Notes: a model not told the origin generated them from the letters alone. DNA of 64,000 bases from an uncultured Candidatus Saccharibacteria bacterium (GCA_964423445.1 CAYREQ010000001.1:1732-65731); one strand, 5' to 3'; counted from the first letter of the stretch, positions 49,359-58,335 are shown. Made by a program: numbers and translations.

Positions 49359-49496
49359 ATGAAAAGACCAATCTTGTTTGGTTTACTTTTAGATGAAGAT
49401 GGCAACATTTTGACGACCGCGGCCACGACGACGGCAGGCGATCCGAATTTTAACATCAGCAACGATTTCGGCGGCGGCGTCGGCACCGGTGCGTAA
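49359..49496 (+). CDS. candidate small peptide (45 aa), with an atypically GC-rich 3' half
   Basis: GGAGA ribosome-binding site; translation MKRPILFGLLLDEDGNILTTAATTTAGDPNFNISNDFGGGVGTGA; could equally be part of a structured RNA. Confidence 0.35.
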   Translation: MKRPILFGLLLDEDGNILTTAATTTAGDPNFNISNDFGGGVGTGA

Positions 49497-49614
49497 CTAT
49501 CGCCGATCTCCGGCGAAACAAGGGAGGGGAGGAAAGCCTCCCCCGACAATCAAAAGCCATTGAGGCAATTCAACGAATTAGCTTTAATGGCTTTTTCTAT
49601 TTGTGTATAAAAAT

Positions 49615-49651
49615 AAAACCCTCGGAATTTTCTTTGAAAATTCCGAGGGTT
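49615..49651. terminator. perfect 13-bp hairpin ccctcggaatttt-ctttg-aaaattccgaggg, bidirectional
   Basis: One of five consecutive hairpins between 49501 and 49683. Confidence 0.6.
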
Positions 49652-49673
49652 GATTTGTAAGTAGCTATGATGG

Positions 49674-49892
49674 CTACTTTTTACTTGGAGCTTCTACGAG
49701 GGTAGTACGCTTTATCTTTACACAAGGATGGTACCAAGAACCATCAGGCCTTTTATAAATGACGTCATTACCCTTTGTCGCCCTGCATCCGCAAGGCAAC
49801 GTAGGAATACGTGATGAGACCGTCATCTCATCTCGCGTCTTGGTTCTACGTGCAAACCAAGCTTCGAAAGACAATTTTTCATTCATAGTCAT
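49674..49892 (-). CDS. small Cys-containing hypothetical protein (72 aa, CGC...HPC)
   Basis: Strong AAGGAG ribosome-binding site; this ORF is moderately GC-rich. Confidence 0.5.
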   Translation of the reverse strand: MTMNEKLSFEAWFARRTKTRDEMTVSSRIPTLPCGCRATKGNDVIYKRPDGSWYHPCVKIKRTTLVEAPSKK

Positions 49893-50130
49893 ATCTCCTT
49901 AAAGAACAAAATACCAGCCTTTTTAAAAGACTGGTATTTGAGTTGTGTTTATTGAATAGTTTATATTTACAGCACAAAAATCAGCCTTCTAATTTTGTTT
50001 CGAAAGCTAAATACATAACTGTTTAAATTTTTCGCTGTTTTTACCATATATTTACATTAACAAAATGTATAAGTATTTGCAATTTGTTACACTTTCTTTT
50101 AAAAACTAGCAGTAAAAATTCCTTAATAAT

Positions 50131-50916
50131 TTATACAAGTAGAGAGTTTATGTGGTCTATAAGATTTTGGTATTCTTTTTTATAAGCAGGAACAAGTATT
50201 TTTTCTGGAGTAGGCCTGAAAGTTAAGCCTTTTTCAAAAGGGTTTATATCTTCCCCGTCACTATCTGCCCAAAAAAGCTTAATTATGTTTTTCATCATTA
50301 TCTTTGCCGAGTCTTCATTTAAGGGTCTATTTATACAATATCGAAAAGAACCCAAAACAATATCCATTGCAGAACTTAAATTAGATGCGTTATCACATGT
50401 TGAGGAAAATAATTTTATTTTAGTTAATTCTACGTTCCTATCTTTTACTACTAGTCCAGTTGTAAATTTTTCAGAAAGGAATTTATATTCTCCAATATCA
50501 GATAATCTGTCCACGAATACCATGCCAGTAGAATTTTTTTGTGTTAGGTAGTGATTAAATTTACCAACAATATGATCAGCTCCCCACTTTACTGTTTTAT
50601 TTATTCCCTGGCTACTAGCTATCTTATGTAAAACAACATACGCTAAAAATTTACACTCATTTTCTATGCATAAATTAATAATTTTACTTTTTATTTTTGC
50701 AAAGTCAGTAGTACTGATATTTTTTGGTCTAGTATTTGAGTCAAATTTTAAACTATCAGTTGAATTAAAATTGTATTCTTTTCTAATTTTTTTTATTTCA
50801 TCATCAATAATATCTATTTTTTCTAGGGGTATGATCAAACCACCATATGCAAAAAACTTTATTCCAAGATTTTCTTGTTCAGTTAGGTTTGTTTCATCAG
50901 TAAAAAGTAAATACAT
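50131..50916 (-). CDS. hypothetical protein, DUF3800-like (N-terminal LLFTDETNL acidic motif)
   Basis: 261 aa; AT-rich gene after a 238-bp AT-rich spacer. The family assignment is tentative, from memory. Confidence 0.35.
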   Translation of the reverse strand: MYLLFTDETNLTEQENLGIKFFAYGGLIIPLEKIDIIDDEIKKIRKEYNFNSTDSLKFDSNTRPKNISTTDFAKIKSKIINLCIENECKFLAYVVLHKIASSQGINKTVKWGADHIVGKFNHYLTQKNSTGMVFVDRLSDIGEYKFLSEKFTTGLVVKDRNVELTKIKLFSSTCDNASNLSSAMDIVLGSFRYCINRPLNEDSAKIMMKNIIKLFWADSDGEDINPFEKGLTFRPTPEKILVPAYKKEYQNLIDHINSLLV

Positions 50917-50919
50917 ATT

Positions 50920-53400
50920 CTATTTCAAAAACTCTTCTATATTCTTCCCATCTCGTTTTAACCAAGCTATGTTGCCTTCGAGGCGTTCTACTAGCTGATC
51001 TATAGCTCTCTTGGCTCCTGGGGCATCAGCCGTCTTGAAGAATTTTACTATAGATTTTAAGTGACGCTCTTCTGCACTACCACCTATGGCTTTTACGGCT
51101 CGGCCGAGAGTGAGGCCTCCTTCGCCATAACGGGTGACGAGAGTTTTCCAATTCTTTTGCAAGAAATTCCACCAGATATCTCGGCCGAGCGGGTTTGATC
51201 CGACAGAGGACAGGATGCCTACGGTATCTTGGATACGCACATGCTCGGACATAGCAAACTCGCAAGCACTTTGTAAAAGCTTTGGGTCAGTAAAATCGCC
51301 GAGTGCTCCGCCGAGGCGATTTTTTTCTTCGTGCAAAGTCTCTGCTTTATATCTTTTTACAAATTCTTCGAAATCTTTTTTATTACCAGATGAAGCTACT
51401 ACTCCATACACAGCTCCGCGGATATCTGGATTTGTTTTTCCACTTTTAAATTTCTTTCGTGCCTCATCTATTACTTTTTTGTCACCAGCTCGGCCGAGGC
51501 GAGAAATTGCGAGAGAACGCAAAAGGGAATCAGTATGTGAATCATCGGGTTTTTTATTCCAGCCGAGGCGCTTTAAGGTAGGAGAGAATAAATTAATCAC
51601 AAATTTATTCAAGTTTTTATTGTGAGGGAGGAGCTGTTCTATTCTGGCTAGACCCATAGCTATTTCTAGCCACACAGTATAATTGTCTTCATTTTTATAG
51701 TTTGGTAAAAATTCTAGGGCATCTGTGGTGGGGATGACTCCAGCTTCTGATAAAGCAAACAAATCACGTATCACTCCGAGTCTGTCGCGGGCAGAAAGTT
51801 TTTTGTTTTGTATTGGCACATAGAGACCCTCCAACAACTCTTTGGAGTATGCGGTGCGATAAAATCCAGCCTCACCAAAATTTACTTTATTATTTTTGTA
51901 ATTTATAGGCATTTCCCATTTTGTTTTATCACTAATTTTTTTTGCAGAAATTGGGCTCGCAAAGAATCTCTTTTGAGAAAATATTACTTTCTCATGTTTC
52001 AATTCAGCTTTGACGACAGGGTAGCCGGGCTTACTCGTCCAATTGTTCATCATCTTGGCGACAGGTTTGCCAGACACTTTTTCAAATGCTTGCCATAGAT
52101 GGATGGTCTCGGTGTTTTTATAGCTGTGTTTTTTTAGATAGTATCGCAAACCATCTCGGAAATCTGTTTCGCCTAAATAATCTGCAAGCATTCGGATGAC
52201 AGATGCTCCTTTTGAATATGATACTTCATCAAAAATTTCTCCGATTTCGCTCGGGTGGTGTACTTCTACTTCTATAGGGTGTGTAGTAGCCAAAGCATCC
52301 AAACGCAGTGCCACACCGAGGTCATTTGTAGAAAACTGAGTCCATATGTCCCATTTTGGGAAAAGCTTGTCCACAGCTAGGTATTCTATATATGAAGCAA
52401 AGCCTTCATTTAGCCAGAGATGAGTCCACCACTCCATAGTCACTAAATTTCCAAACCATTGATGAGCTAGCTCGTGAGCGACTACGAGTGCCACCCACTG
52501 CTTGTTTGAGATAGAAGAATGTTCTTCGTCTACCAATAGAGCAGACTCTCTGTAAGTAATAGCGCCCCAGTTTTCCATAGCTCCTGAAGCAAAGTCTGGA
52601 ATAGCTATCATGTCTAAGACAGGAAGGGGATATTTTATATCAAAATATTTTTCGTAAAATTCTAGAGTCTTCACTGCACAATCTAGGGCAAACTTTGCCT
52701 GATGTTTTTTATTTGGTGTGGTGTATATTCGTACCCGGACACCATTTTTTGCCTTCTTTTCAATATATTCAAAATCTCCAATGATAAAAGCTAGGAGATA
52801 AGTAGACATTTTAGGTGTAGGAGAAAATTTTAAAATATCATAACCAGCTTCATGCTCTATCATAGACACTGGCAAGGTATTTGATATGGCAGTCTTGCCT
52901 TTGGGCACTATGAGTGAGATGTGAAAGACTGCTTTGTGGGCTGGCTCATCAAAACAAGGGAAAGCTCGGCGTGCATCAGTGGCTTCAAATTGGGTGGTAG
53001 CCATAAAAGCTTCTTTGTCTTTTATCATGTAGCTACTCCTATAAAATCCTCGCATCTTGTCGTTTAGAATTCCCTTGAATACGAGAGACAATTTTATTTT
53101 TCCAGTCGGAATTATCTTTGGGAATAAAAAAGTGGCTGTCTCGGATTTTTCATCATAAGAAATTTTTGCAAATATTTTTTCTTTACCAATCAAAACATCT
53201 GCTGTGTCTATCTCTATTTCTTTTGAATGCAGAGTGATAGATTTTGTATTAGATAGAATTGATAAATAAATTGTCTCGACTCCACTGAAAGTAAAATTTT
53301 CTAGGTCTGGCTTTAGCCCTATCTCGTATTCTAGGGGTATTATATTTTTTGAGAGGCGGACATTTGACGATGATTTTTTAGGCTTATTTTTATTTTGCAT
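50920..53400 (-). CDS. pepN: aminopeptidase N (M1 family zinc metallopeptidase)
   Basis: GAMEN and HELAHQWFGNLVT...WLNEGFASY motifs; 826 aa. Confidence 0.9.
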   Translation of the reverse strand: MQNKNKPKKSSSNVRLSKNIIPLEYEIGLKPDLENFTFSGVETIYLSILSNTKSITLHSKEIEIDTADVLIGKEKIFAKISYDEKSETATFLFPKIIPTGKIKLSLVFKGILNDKMRGFYRSSYMIKDKEAFMATTQFEATDARRAFPCFDEPAHKAVFHISLIVPKGKTAISNTLPVSMIEHEAGYDILKFSPTPKMSTYLLAFIIGDFEYIEKKAKNGVRVRIYTTPNKKHQAKFALDCAVKTLEFYEKYFDIKYPLPVLDMIAIPDFASGAMENWGAITYRESALLVDEEHSSISNKQWVALVVAHELAHQWFGNLVTMEWWTHLWLNEGFASYIEYLAVDKLFPKWDIWTQFSTNDLGVALRLDALATTHPIEVEVHHPSEIGEIFDEVSYSKGASVIRMLADYLGETDFRDGLRYYLKKHSYKNTETIHLWQAFEKVSGKPVAKMMNNWTSKPGYPVVKAELKHEKVIFSQKRFFASPISAKKISDKTKWEMPINYKNNKVNFGEAGFYRTAYSKELLEGLYVPIQNKKLSARDRLGVIRDLFALSEAGVIPTTDALEFLPNYKNEDNYTVWLEIAMGLARIEQLLPHNKNLNKFVINLFSPTLKRLGWNKKPDDSHTDSLLRSLAISRLGRAGDKKVIDEARKKFKSGKTNPDIRGAVYGVVASSGNKKDFEEFVKRYKAETLHEEKNRLGGALGDFTDPKLLQSACEFAMSEHVRIQDTVGILSSVGSNPLGRDIWWNFLQKNWKTLVTRYGEGGLTLGRAVKAIGGSAEERHLKSIVKFFKTADAPGAKRAIDQLVERLEGNIAWLKRDGKNIEEFLK

Positions 53401-53422
53401 AAAGAAATGTTATCATATAACG

Positions 53423-54193
53423 ATGGAAACCCAAAATGAGCCAGATATTTATGCTATAAAAACGCCCATTTTTGAAGGCCCGCTTGGGATCCTTTTGGAT
53501 TTAGTAGAAAAACGCAAGCTCTTTATAAACGATGTGTCACTCGCTTCTGTGACTGAAGATTTCCTAGCATATATGAACAAACTGGGCGGACTAGGGCCGG
53601 CTCAAATCACGAGCTTTGTATTAGTGGCTTCTATTTTAATTTTAATTAAATCAAAATCTCTTTTACCAAATTTGAGTCTGACCGATGAAGAGCAAGGTGA
53701 TATAAAAGATTTGGAAGAGAGACTCCGACTCTATAAAATTTTTATTAGTCTGGGAGGAAATATAAAAAGTAATTTTGGAAAACACGTCATCTTTGCTCCG
53801 CTCGAGAGAAAAAATAATACTTTGGTTTTTTTGCCAGATAAACAAATCTCCAAAGATAGCATGATGGGTTTTGCTCGTGGAGTCTTGGGTGGGATGCCGA
53901 AAAAGGTATTTATGCCCGAAGTAGAAGTACGAAAAGTCATCAGTATTGAAGAAGTGATAGATAATCTGACAGAGAGAATACAGACTGCGATGCAAGTTAG
54001 CTTTTCAGAATTTGCTGGCAAAAAACAGGGAGTAGTACATACTCGTGCAGAAAAGGTGACCGTGATAGTGAGCTTTTTGGCTATGCTTGAATTGGTCCGA
54101 AATGGCATACTGGATGCAGTCCAAAATAGTCATGCCGAAGATATAATTATCAGTAAACAAGAAAATGAATTAAATACAACAAACAATGAATAA
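53423..54193 (+). CDS. scpA: segregation and condensation protein A (kleisin)
   Basis: N-terminal LLDLVEKRKLFINDVSLASVTEDFLAYM. Confidence 0.8.
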   Translation: METQNEPDIYAIKTPIFEGPLGILLDLVEKRKLFINDVSLASVTEDFLAYMNKLGGLGPAQITSFVLVASILILIKSKSLLPNLSLTDEEQGDIKDLEERLRLYKIFISLGGNIKSNFGKHVIFAPLERKNNTLVFLPDKQISKDSMMGFARGVLGGMPKKVFMPEVEVRKVISIEEVIDNLTERIQTAMQVSFSEFAGKKQGVVHTRAEKVTVIVSFLAMLELVRNGILDAVQNSHAEDIIISKQENELNTTNNE

Positions 54194-54749
54194 TCTAGAA
54201 TCAAAAATTGAAGCAGTGTTATTTTGGAAAGGTGAGCCAGTGTCACGAAAAAAGCTCGCTGATATTTTGAAAGTTACACCAGAAGAAATAAATGAAGCTA
54301 TAGAAAAATTGAAACAAAATTTATCAGGCAGAGGCATAGTCTTGCAAGAGAAAGAAAATGAAGTCACCCTCGGCACTACACCAGAATTGTCTACATTGTT
54401 TGAAGACTTGCAAAAAGAAGAATTGAACAGAGACCTTTCAAAAGCATCACTAGAGACTTTGTCTATAATCCTTTATAAAAATGGAGCAAATAGAGCAGAG
54501 ATAGACTATATCAGGGGAGTGAATTCCAGCTTTACCTTGCGAGCACTTTCTGTGCGTGGGCTCGTAGAAAAAGTATTAGACACAAAAGATAATAGACGCT
54601 ATATGTACAAGCCGAGCTTTGAATTGCTCTCTTATATGGGTGTAAAGTCTGTAGAAGAATTGCCAGATTATGCTGAAGTAAATAATTCTATAAACGGAGC
54701 TGCAAAAGAGATGGAAGATTTATCAAAAGAAGAAGAAAATAAAATTTAA
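54186..54749 (+). CDS. scpB: segregation and condensation protein B
   Basis: IEAVLFWKGEPVSRKKLADIL with tandem winged helices; overlaps the scpA stop. Confidence 0.8.
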   Translation: MNNLESKIEAVLFWKGEPVSRKKLADILKVTPEEINEAIEKLKQNLSGRGIVLQEKENEVTLGTTPELSTLFEDLQKEELNRDLSKASLETLSIILYKNGANRAEIDYIRGVNSSFTLRALSVRGLVEKVLDTKDNRRYMYKPSFELLSYMGVKSVEELPDYAEVNNSINGAAKEMEDLSKEEENKI

Positions 54750-54769
54750 AATTTTGTTATACTTTTATT

Positions 54770-55825
54770 ATGTACTTAGATTTAATTAAAATTTCCTTAC
54801 CGACAATACTAGCCTTCTTTTTAGGATTATTTTTTACTCCTATTGCCACACACTTTTTCTTTAAATATAAAATGTGGAAGAGGTATGCCAGAAATGAGTC
54901 TGTAAATAATCCAGAATTTTCAAAAGTTCACAGTGATAAAGCCGAATTGAATACTCCACGAGTGGGTGGAATAATCGTATGGTTTTCAGTCATTTTGGCT
55001 ACATTGGTTTTTTATTTTATTTCTCTAATTATCCCATCTATAAGTACAGAGAAAATAAATTTCTTAAGCCGAAATCAAACCCTGATACCTTTTATCACAC
55101 TTATTTTTGGATCATTGCTCGGACTATGGGATGACCTGATACAAATATATGGACATAGTAAAATAGCTCGTGATGATAAATCTTGGCGTAAATGGAAGGC
55201 TTTTCTCATAGGACTTTCTTCTCTATTTGTCGGACTTTGGTTTTTCTATAAACTCGGTATGACTAGCATACATATACCATTTGGTGGAGACTTATATTTA
55301 GGAATTTTAATCATTCCATTTTTTATGCTCGTAGCTTTGTCTACTTTTTCTGGAGGAGTGATAGATGGTCTAGATGGCCTCTCTGGTGGGGTTTTTGCCT
55401 CTATTTTCGCCTCCTACGCAGTGATAGCATATACAAACAATCAGATAGACATAGCGGCTTTTTGCGGGGTCGTGACGGGCTCAATATTGGCTTTTTTGTG
55501 GTTTAATATACCACCTGCTAGATTCTATATGGGTGAGACAGGCATCATGGGACTGACCCTGATGCTGGCTACAATTGCATTTTTGACTGATTCAGTGCTC
55601 CTATTACCTGTGATTGCATTGCCACTCGTCATCACCTCTATGTCAGTCATATTGCAGTTTTTTTCAAAGAAGTTTAGAGGAGGTAAAAAAATATTTAAGC
55701 TTGCACCTATACACCACCATTTTGAAGCTATCGGCTGGCCATCTTACAAGGTGACTATGCGTTTCTGGGTTTTGTCCGCTGTGTTTTCTATAATCGGTAT
55801 TATTCTATTTGTAGTAAGTAAATAA
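54770..55825 (+). CDS. mraY: phospho-N-acetylmuramoyl-pentapeptide transferase
   Basis: GLWDDL, GVIDGLDGLSGG and HHHFE motifs; 10 TM helices. Confidence 0.9.
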   Translation: MYLDLIKISLPTILAFFLGLFFTPIATHFFFKYKMWKRYARNESVNNPEFSKVHSDKAELNTPRVGGIIVWFSVILATLVFYFISLIIPSISTEKINFLSRNQTLIPFITLIFGSLLGLWDDLIQIYGHSKIARDDKSWRKWKAFLIGLSSLFVGLWFFYKLGMTSIHIPFGGDLYLGILIIPFFMLVALSTFSGGVIDGLDGLSGGVFASIFASYAVIAYTNNQIDIAAFCGVVTGSILAFLWFNIPPARFYMGETGIMGLTLMLATIAFLTDSVLLLPVIALPLVITSMSVILQFFSKKFRGGKKIFKLAPIHHHFEAIGWPSYKVTMRFWVLSAVFSIIGIILFVVSK

Positions 55826-55830
55826 AATAA

Positions 55831-57123
55831 ATGAAAGAATTATTTAAAAAGATAATAACTTATATTTTGCGAGTAGAATCTGAACTCGTATTGTATAAAT
55901 ACAAACCAAAAATTATTGCTATCACTGGCTCTGTGGGGAAGACTTCTACCAAGGATGCTATCTATGCTGTCATCTCAAAATTTTCTGATGTAAGAAGGAG
56001 TGAGAAGAGCTACAACAGTGAGATAGGATTACCACTGACTATTTTGGATTGTCCAAATGGCTGGAGTAGTCCAATAATTTGGACAAAAAATATTTTTAAA
56101 GGTTTGTGGCTCATCATTGCTCCACACAAATATCCGAGCTGGCTGGTGCTCGAAGTCGGCGTAGGAAAAGCTGGAGACATGAGAGCTACCGCATCTTGGC
56201 TAAAGACTGATGTGGTCATCGTGACTGCTATCGGAGAGACTCCATCACACATTGAATTTTTTAATTCACGAAAACATTTGATAGAAGAAAAAAGTGAGCT
56301 TATAAAAACTTTGAAAAAAGATGGAATTTTAATTTTAAATGCTGATGATGAAGATGTGCTAGCCATGAAAAGTAAGACCAAGCAACTCATAGTGACTTAT
56401 GGTTTTAAAGAAGGAGCAGACATCGTAGGCTCTGGAGACAGTATTTTATATAGTGACGACGGAGTACCCGAAGGAATAATCTTTAGAGTAGACGAACAAG
56501 GTAATAGTATGCCGGTGGAGATAGAAGGAGTCTTTGGACGAAATCATGTATATGCATCACTGGCATCTTTGGCAGTGGCTTCAGCTTTGAAATTGAACAC
56601 TCTCACAGCGATAGATGCATTAAAGAATTACGACGTGCCAGCTGGGCGTATGAGATTATTAAAGGGTATAAATGACTCTATCATCATAGATGATACTTAT
56701 AATTCTTCACCACTAGCTTGTGAATCTGCGCTAAAAACTATAAAAGAAATAAAGATGAAAGGACGCCGAATAGCTGTACTCGGTGACATGCTCGAGCTCG
56801 GTAAACACACAGTGGAAGCTCATAAAAATATCGGCAAAATTGCAAAAGATATCGTGGAGATATTGATAGTAGTAGGACCTAGAGCAAAGAGCATAGAAGA
56901 AGGTGCTTTGGAGGAGGGCATGAAACAAGAAAATATTTTTGAATTTTTAAACTCAAATGAAGCAGGAGAATTTGTGAAAAGTTTTGTAAAGACAGGTGAC
57001 ATAGTCTTGGTAAAAGGTTCACAGGGTGTGCGTATGGAAAAAGTTACTGAAGCCATGCTACTCGATAAGAAAAATAAAGAAAAATTACTCGTCCGCCAAG
57101 ACAGTGAGTGGAAGAAAAAATAA
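55831..57123 (+). CDS. murF: UDP-N-acetylmuramoyl-tripeptide--D-alanyl-D-alanine ligase
   Basis: ITGSVGKTSTKD P-loop and the Mur ligase C-terminal domain. Confidence 0.85.
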   Translation: MKELFKKIITYILRVESELVLYKYKPKIIAITGSVGKTSTKDAIYAVISKFSDVRRSEKSYNSEIGLPLTILDCPNGWSSPIIWTKNIFKGLWLIIAPHKYPSWLVLEVGVGKAGDMRATASWLKTDVVIVTAIGETPSHIEFFNSRKHLIEEKSELIKTLKKDGILILNADDEDVLAMKSKTKQLIVTYGFKEGADIVGSGDSILYSDDGVPEGIIFRVDEQGNSMPVEIEGVFGRNHVYASLASLAVASALKLNTLTAIDALKNYDVPAGRMRLLKGINDSIIIDDTYNSSPLACESALKTIKEIKMKGRRIAVLGDMLELGKHTVEAHKNIGKIAKDIVEILIVVGPRAKSIEEGALEEGMKQENIFEFLNSNEAGEFVKSFVKTGDIVLVKGSQGVRMEKVTEAMLLDKKNKEKLLVRQDSEWKKK

Positions 57124-57145
57124 TAAAAATCTAATTTATTATTTT

Positions 57146-57174
57146 TTGACTAAAATCATAAAATGTGATATAAA
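57146..57174 (+). promoter_or_regulatory. near-consensus sigma-70 promoter TTGACT-N17-TATAAA
   Basis: Seen in the sequence; 20 nt upstream of the GGAGG site and ATG of the 57195 ORF. Confidence 0.6.
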
Positions 57175-57194
57175 TTTTTTGGAGGTTTTTCTTT

Positions 57195-57410
57195 ATGGCA
57201 AACACGGGAGAAGATGGCTCAATCTCTGAGCCTTTGGATTCAACTTTGGAACTCTCACCAACGGGTGACGAGTCGGCACTGGACATTGATTCAGGCGTTT
57301 TCAAAAAGTTTGATGGCAACCCGGCAAAACCGGACCTGCCATCAGTAGAACAGCGGGCTGCTTTTCATGCTCGTGGAGGCTGGCGACCATCAGGTGGCCG
57401 TAAAAAATAG
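57195..57410 (+). CDS. small hypothetical protein (acidic N-terminus, basic C-terminus), GC-rich
   Basis: Strong GGAGG ribosome-binding site; 71 aa; first gene of a compositionally distinct three-gene operon. Confidence 0.45.
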   Translation: MANTGEDGSISEPLDSTLELSPTGDESALDIDSGVFKKFDGNPAKPDLPSVEQRAAFHARGGWRPSGGRKK

Positions 57411-57421
57411 GAGGAGATGTA

Positions 57422-57778
57422 ATGCCGGAACCTGTCTTGTCGGCTTACCTACGAAAGGCTGGGAATATTGCAATTCTTGACCTTTCTGGGAAGATAACCA
57501 TGGGAGAAGGAGCTGTACGTCTCCGCGTCGAAGTCCGGAGACTTTTAAACGAGGGCTGGAATAAAATCTTGCTTAATTTTGAGCAAGTAAAGTCTGTCGA
57601 CCTTTCTGGTGTTGGCGAAATAAAACTTTGCATTAACTGTGCCGAAAAAGAAGGCGGTGAAATGAAAGGTGAATTTGCTGTAAACATCAAAGATGTCGGA
57701 GAGCTTACTAGGCTCGTTTCGACGATTGACTGTTTCCGGTCCGAGGCGGAAGCTTTATGCTCTTTTAGTGTAAAATAG
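57422..57778 (+). CDS. STAS-domain protein (anti-sigma-factor antagonist, SpoIIAA-like)
   Basis: ILDLSGKITMGEGAVRLRVEVRRLL...ILLNFEQVKSVDLSGVGEI; AGGAGGAG ribosome-binding site. Confidence 0.7.
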   Translation: MPEPVLSAYLRKAGNIAILDLSGKITMGEGAVRLRVEVRRLLNEGWNKILLNFEQVKSVDLSGVGEIKLCINCAEKEGGEMKGEFAVNIKDVGELTRLVSTIDCFRSEAEALCSFSVK

Positions 57779-57787
57779 GGGAAAAAA

Positions 57788-57991
57788 ATGACAAAACGTG
57801 ATAAGCAGTTGCGCAAGCAACGCAGGGCGTATAAAAAACGCTTGAAGGAAAGGATGAAAAATGGCGAAGGCAAAGGCCCGAGCCAGACGCCTTCGCCTTA
57901 CGGCTATAGTCGTAAGGAAGGTCGAGGGCAATCCTCCGCAGGCGATGACTACCGTGGTAGCTGGCGTGCCGGTAGATACGGAGTGTTCTAA
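57788..57991 (+). CDS. small highly basic hypothetical protein (67 aa, RK-rich)
   Basis: Ribosome-binding site GGGGAAAAAA; GC-rich; followed by a strong terminator. Confidence 0.45.
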   Translation: MTKRDKQLRKQRRAYKKRLKERMKNGEGKGPSQTPSPYGYSRKEGRGQSSAGDDYRGSWRAGRYGVF

Positions 57992-58018
57992 ACACAAAAA
58001 TCGAGCTTAAGCTCACAG

Positions 58019-58060
58019 GAATAGCCAGGTGTCTAGGAGGACACCTGGCTATATTAATTT
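58019..58060 (+). terminator. 12-bp hairpin atagccaggtgtc-ctaggagg-acacctggctat plus an AT-run
   Basis: Seen in the sequence. Confidence 0.6.
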
Positions 58061-58112
58061 TTGCCATTTTTTGAAAAATAATATAATATATAGAAGTCCA
58101 TTTATTACATAT

Positions 58113-58170
58113 GGCCCTATCGTCTAACCAAGTTAAATACAGTGGACGTGGTCTTTTTTGAAAATGCAAA
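58113..58170 (+). pseudogene. tRNA-Glu 5' fragment / degenerate partial duplicate
   Basis: ggccctatcgtctaac (58113-58128) is identical to the first 16 nt of tRNA-Glu at 58216; GACGTGG is also shared; there is no T-arm. Confidence 0.4.
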
Positions 58171-58215
58171 GGGTATATAAATGAGACAAAGTGTTTAATT
58201 GTAAGTAAATAGTTT

Positions 58216-58287
58216 GGCCCTATCGTCTAACGGTTAGGACGTGGCCTTTTCAAGGCTAAAATCAGAGTTCGATTCTCTGTAGGGTCA
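58216..58287 (+). tRNA. tRNA-Glu (anticodon TTC), no encoded CCA
   Basis: Acceptor GGCCCTA/TAGGGTC (one G-U pair); D-arm CGTCTAACGGTTAGGACG; anticodon loop TTTTCAA; T-loop TTCGATT. Confidence 0.8.
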
Positions 58288-58335
58288 CAAATACTAAAAA
58301 AGAGTCCACTACTGGGCTCTTTTTTAGTATTTGTG
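58288..58335 (+). terminator. long hairpin caaatactaaaaaagag-tccactactgg-gctcttttttagtatttg after tRNA-Glu
   Basis: Seen in the sequence. Confidence 0.55.
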
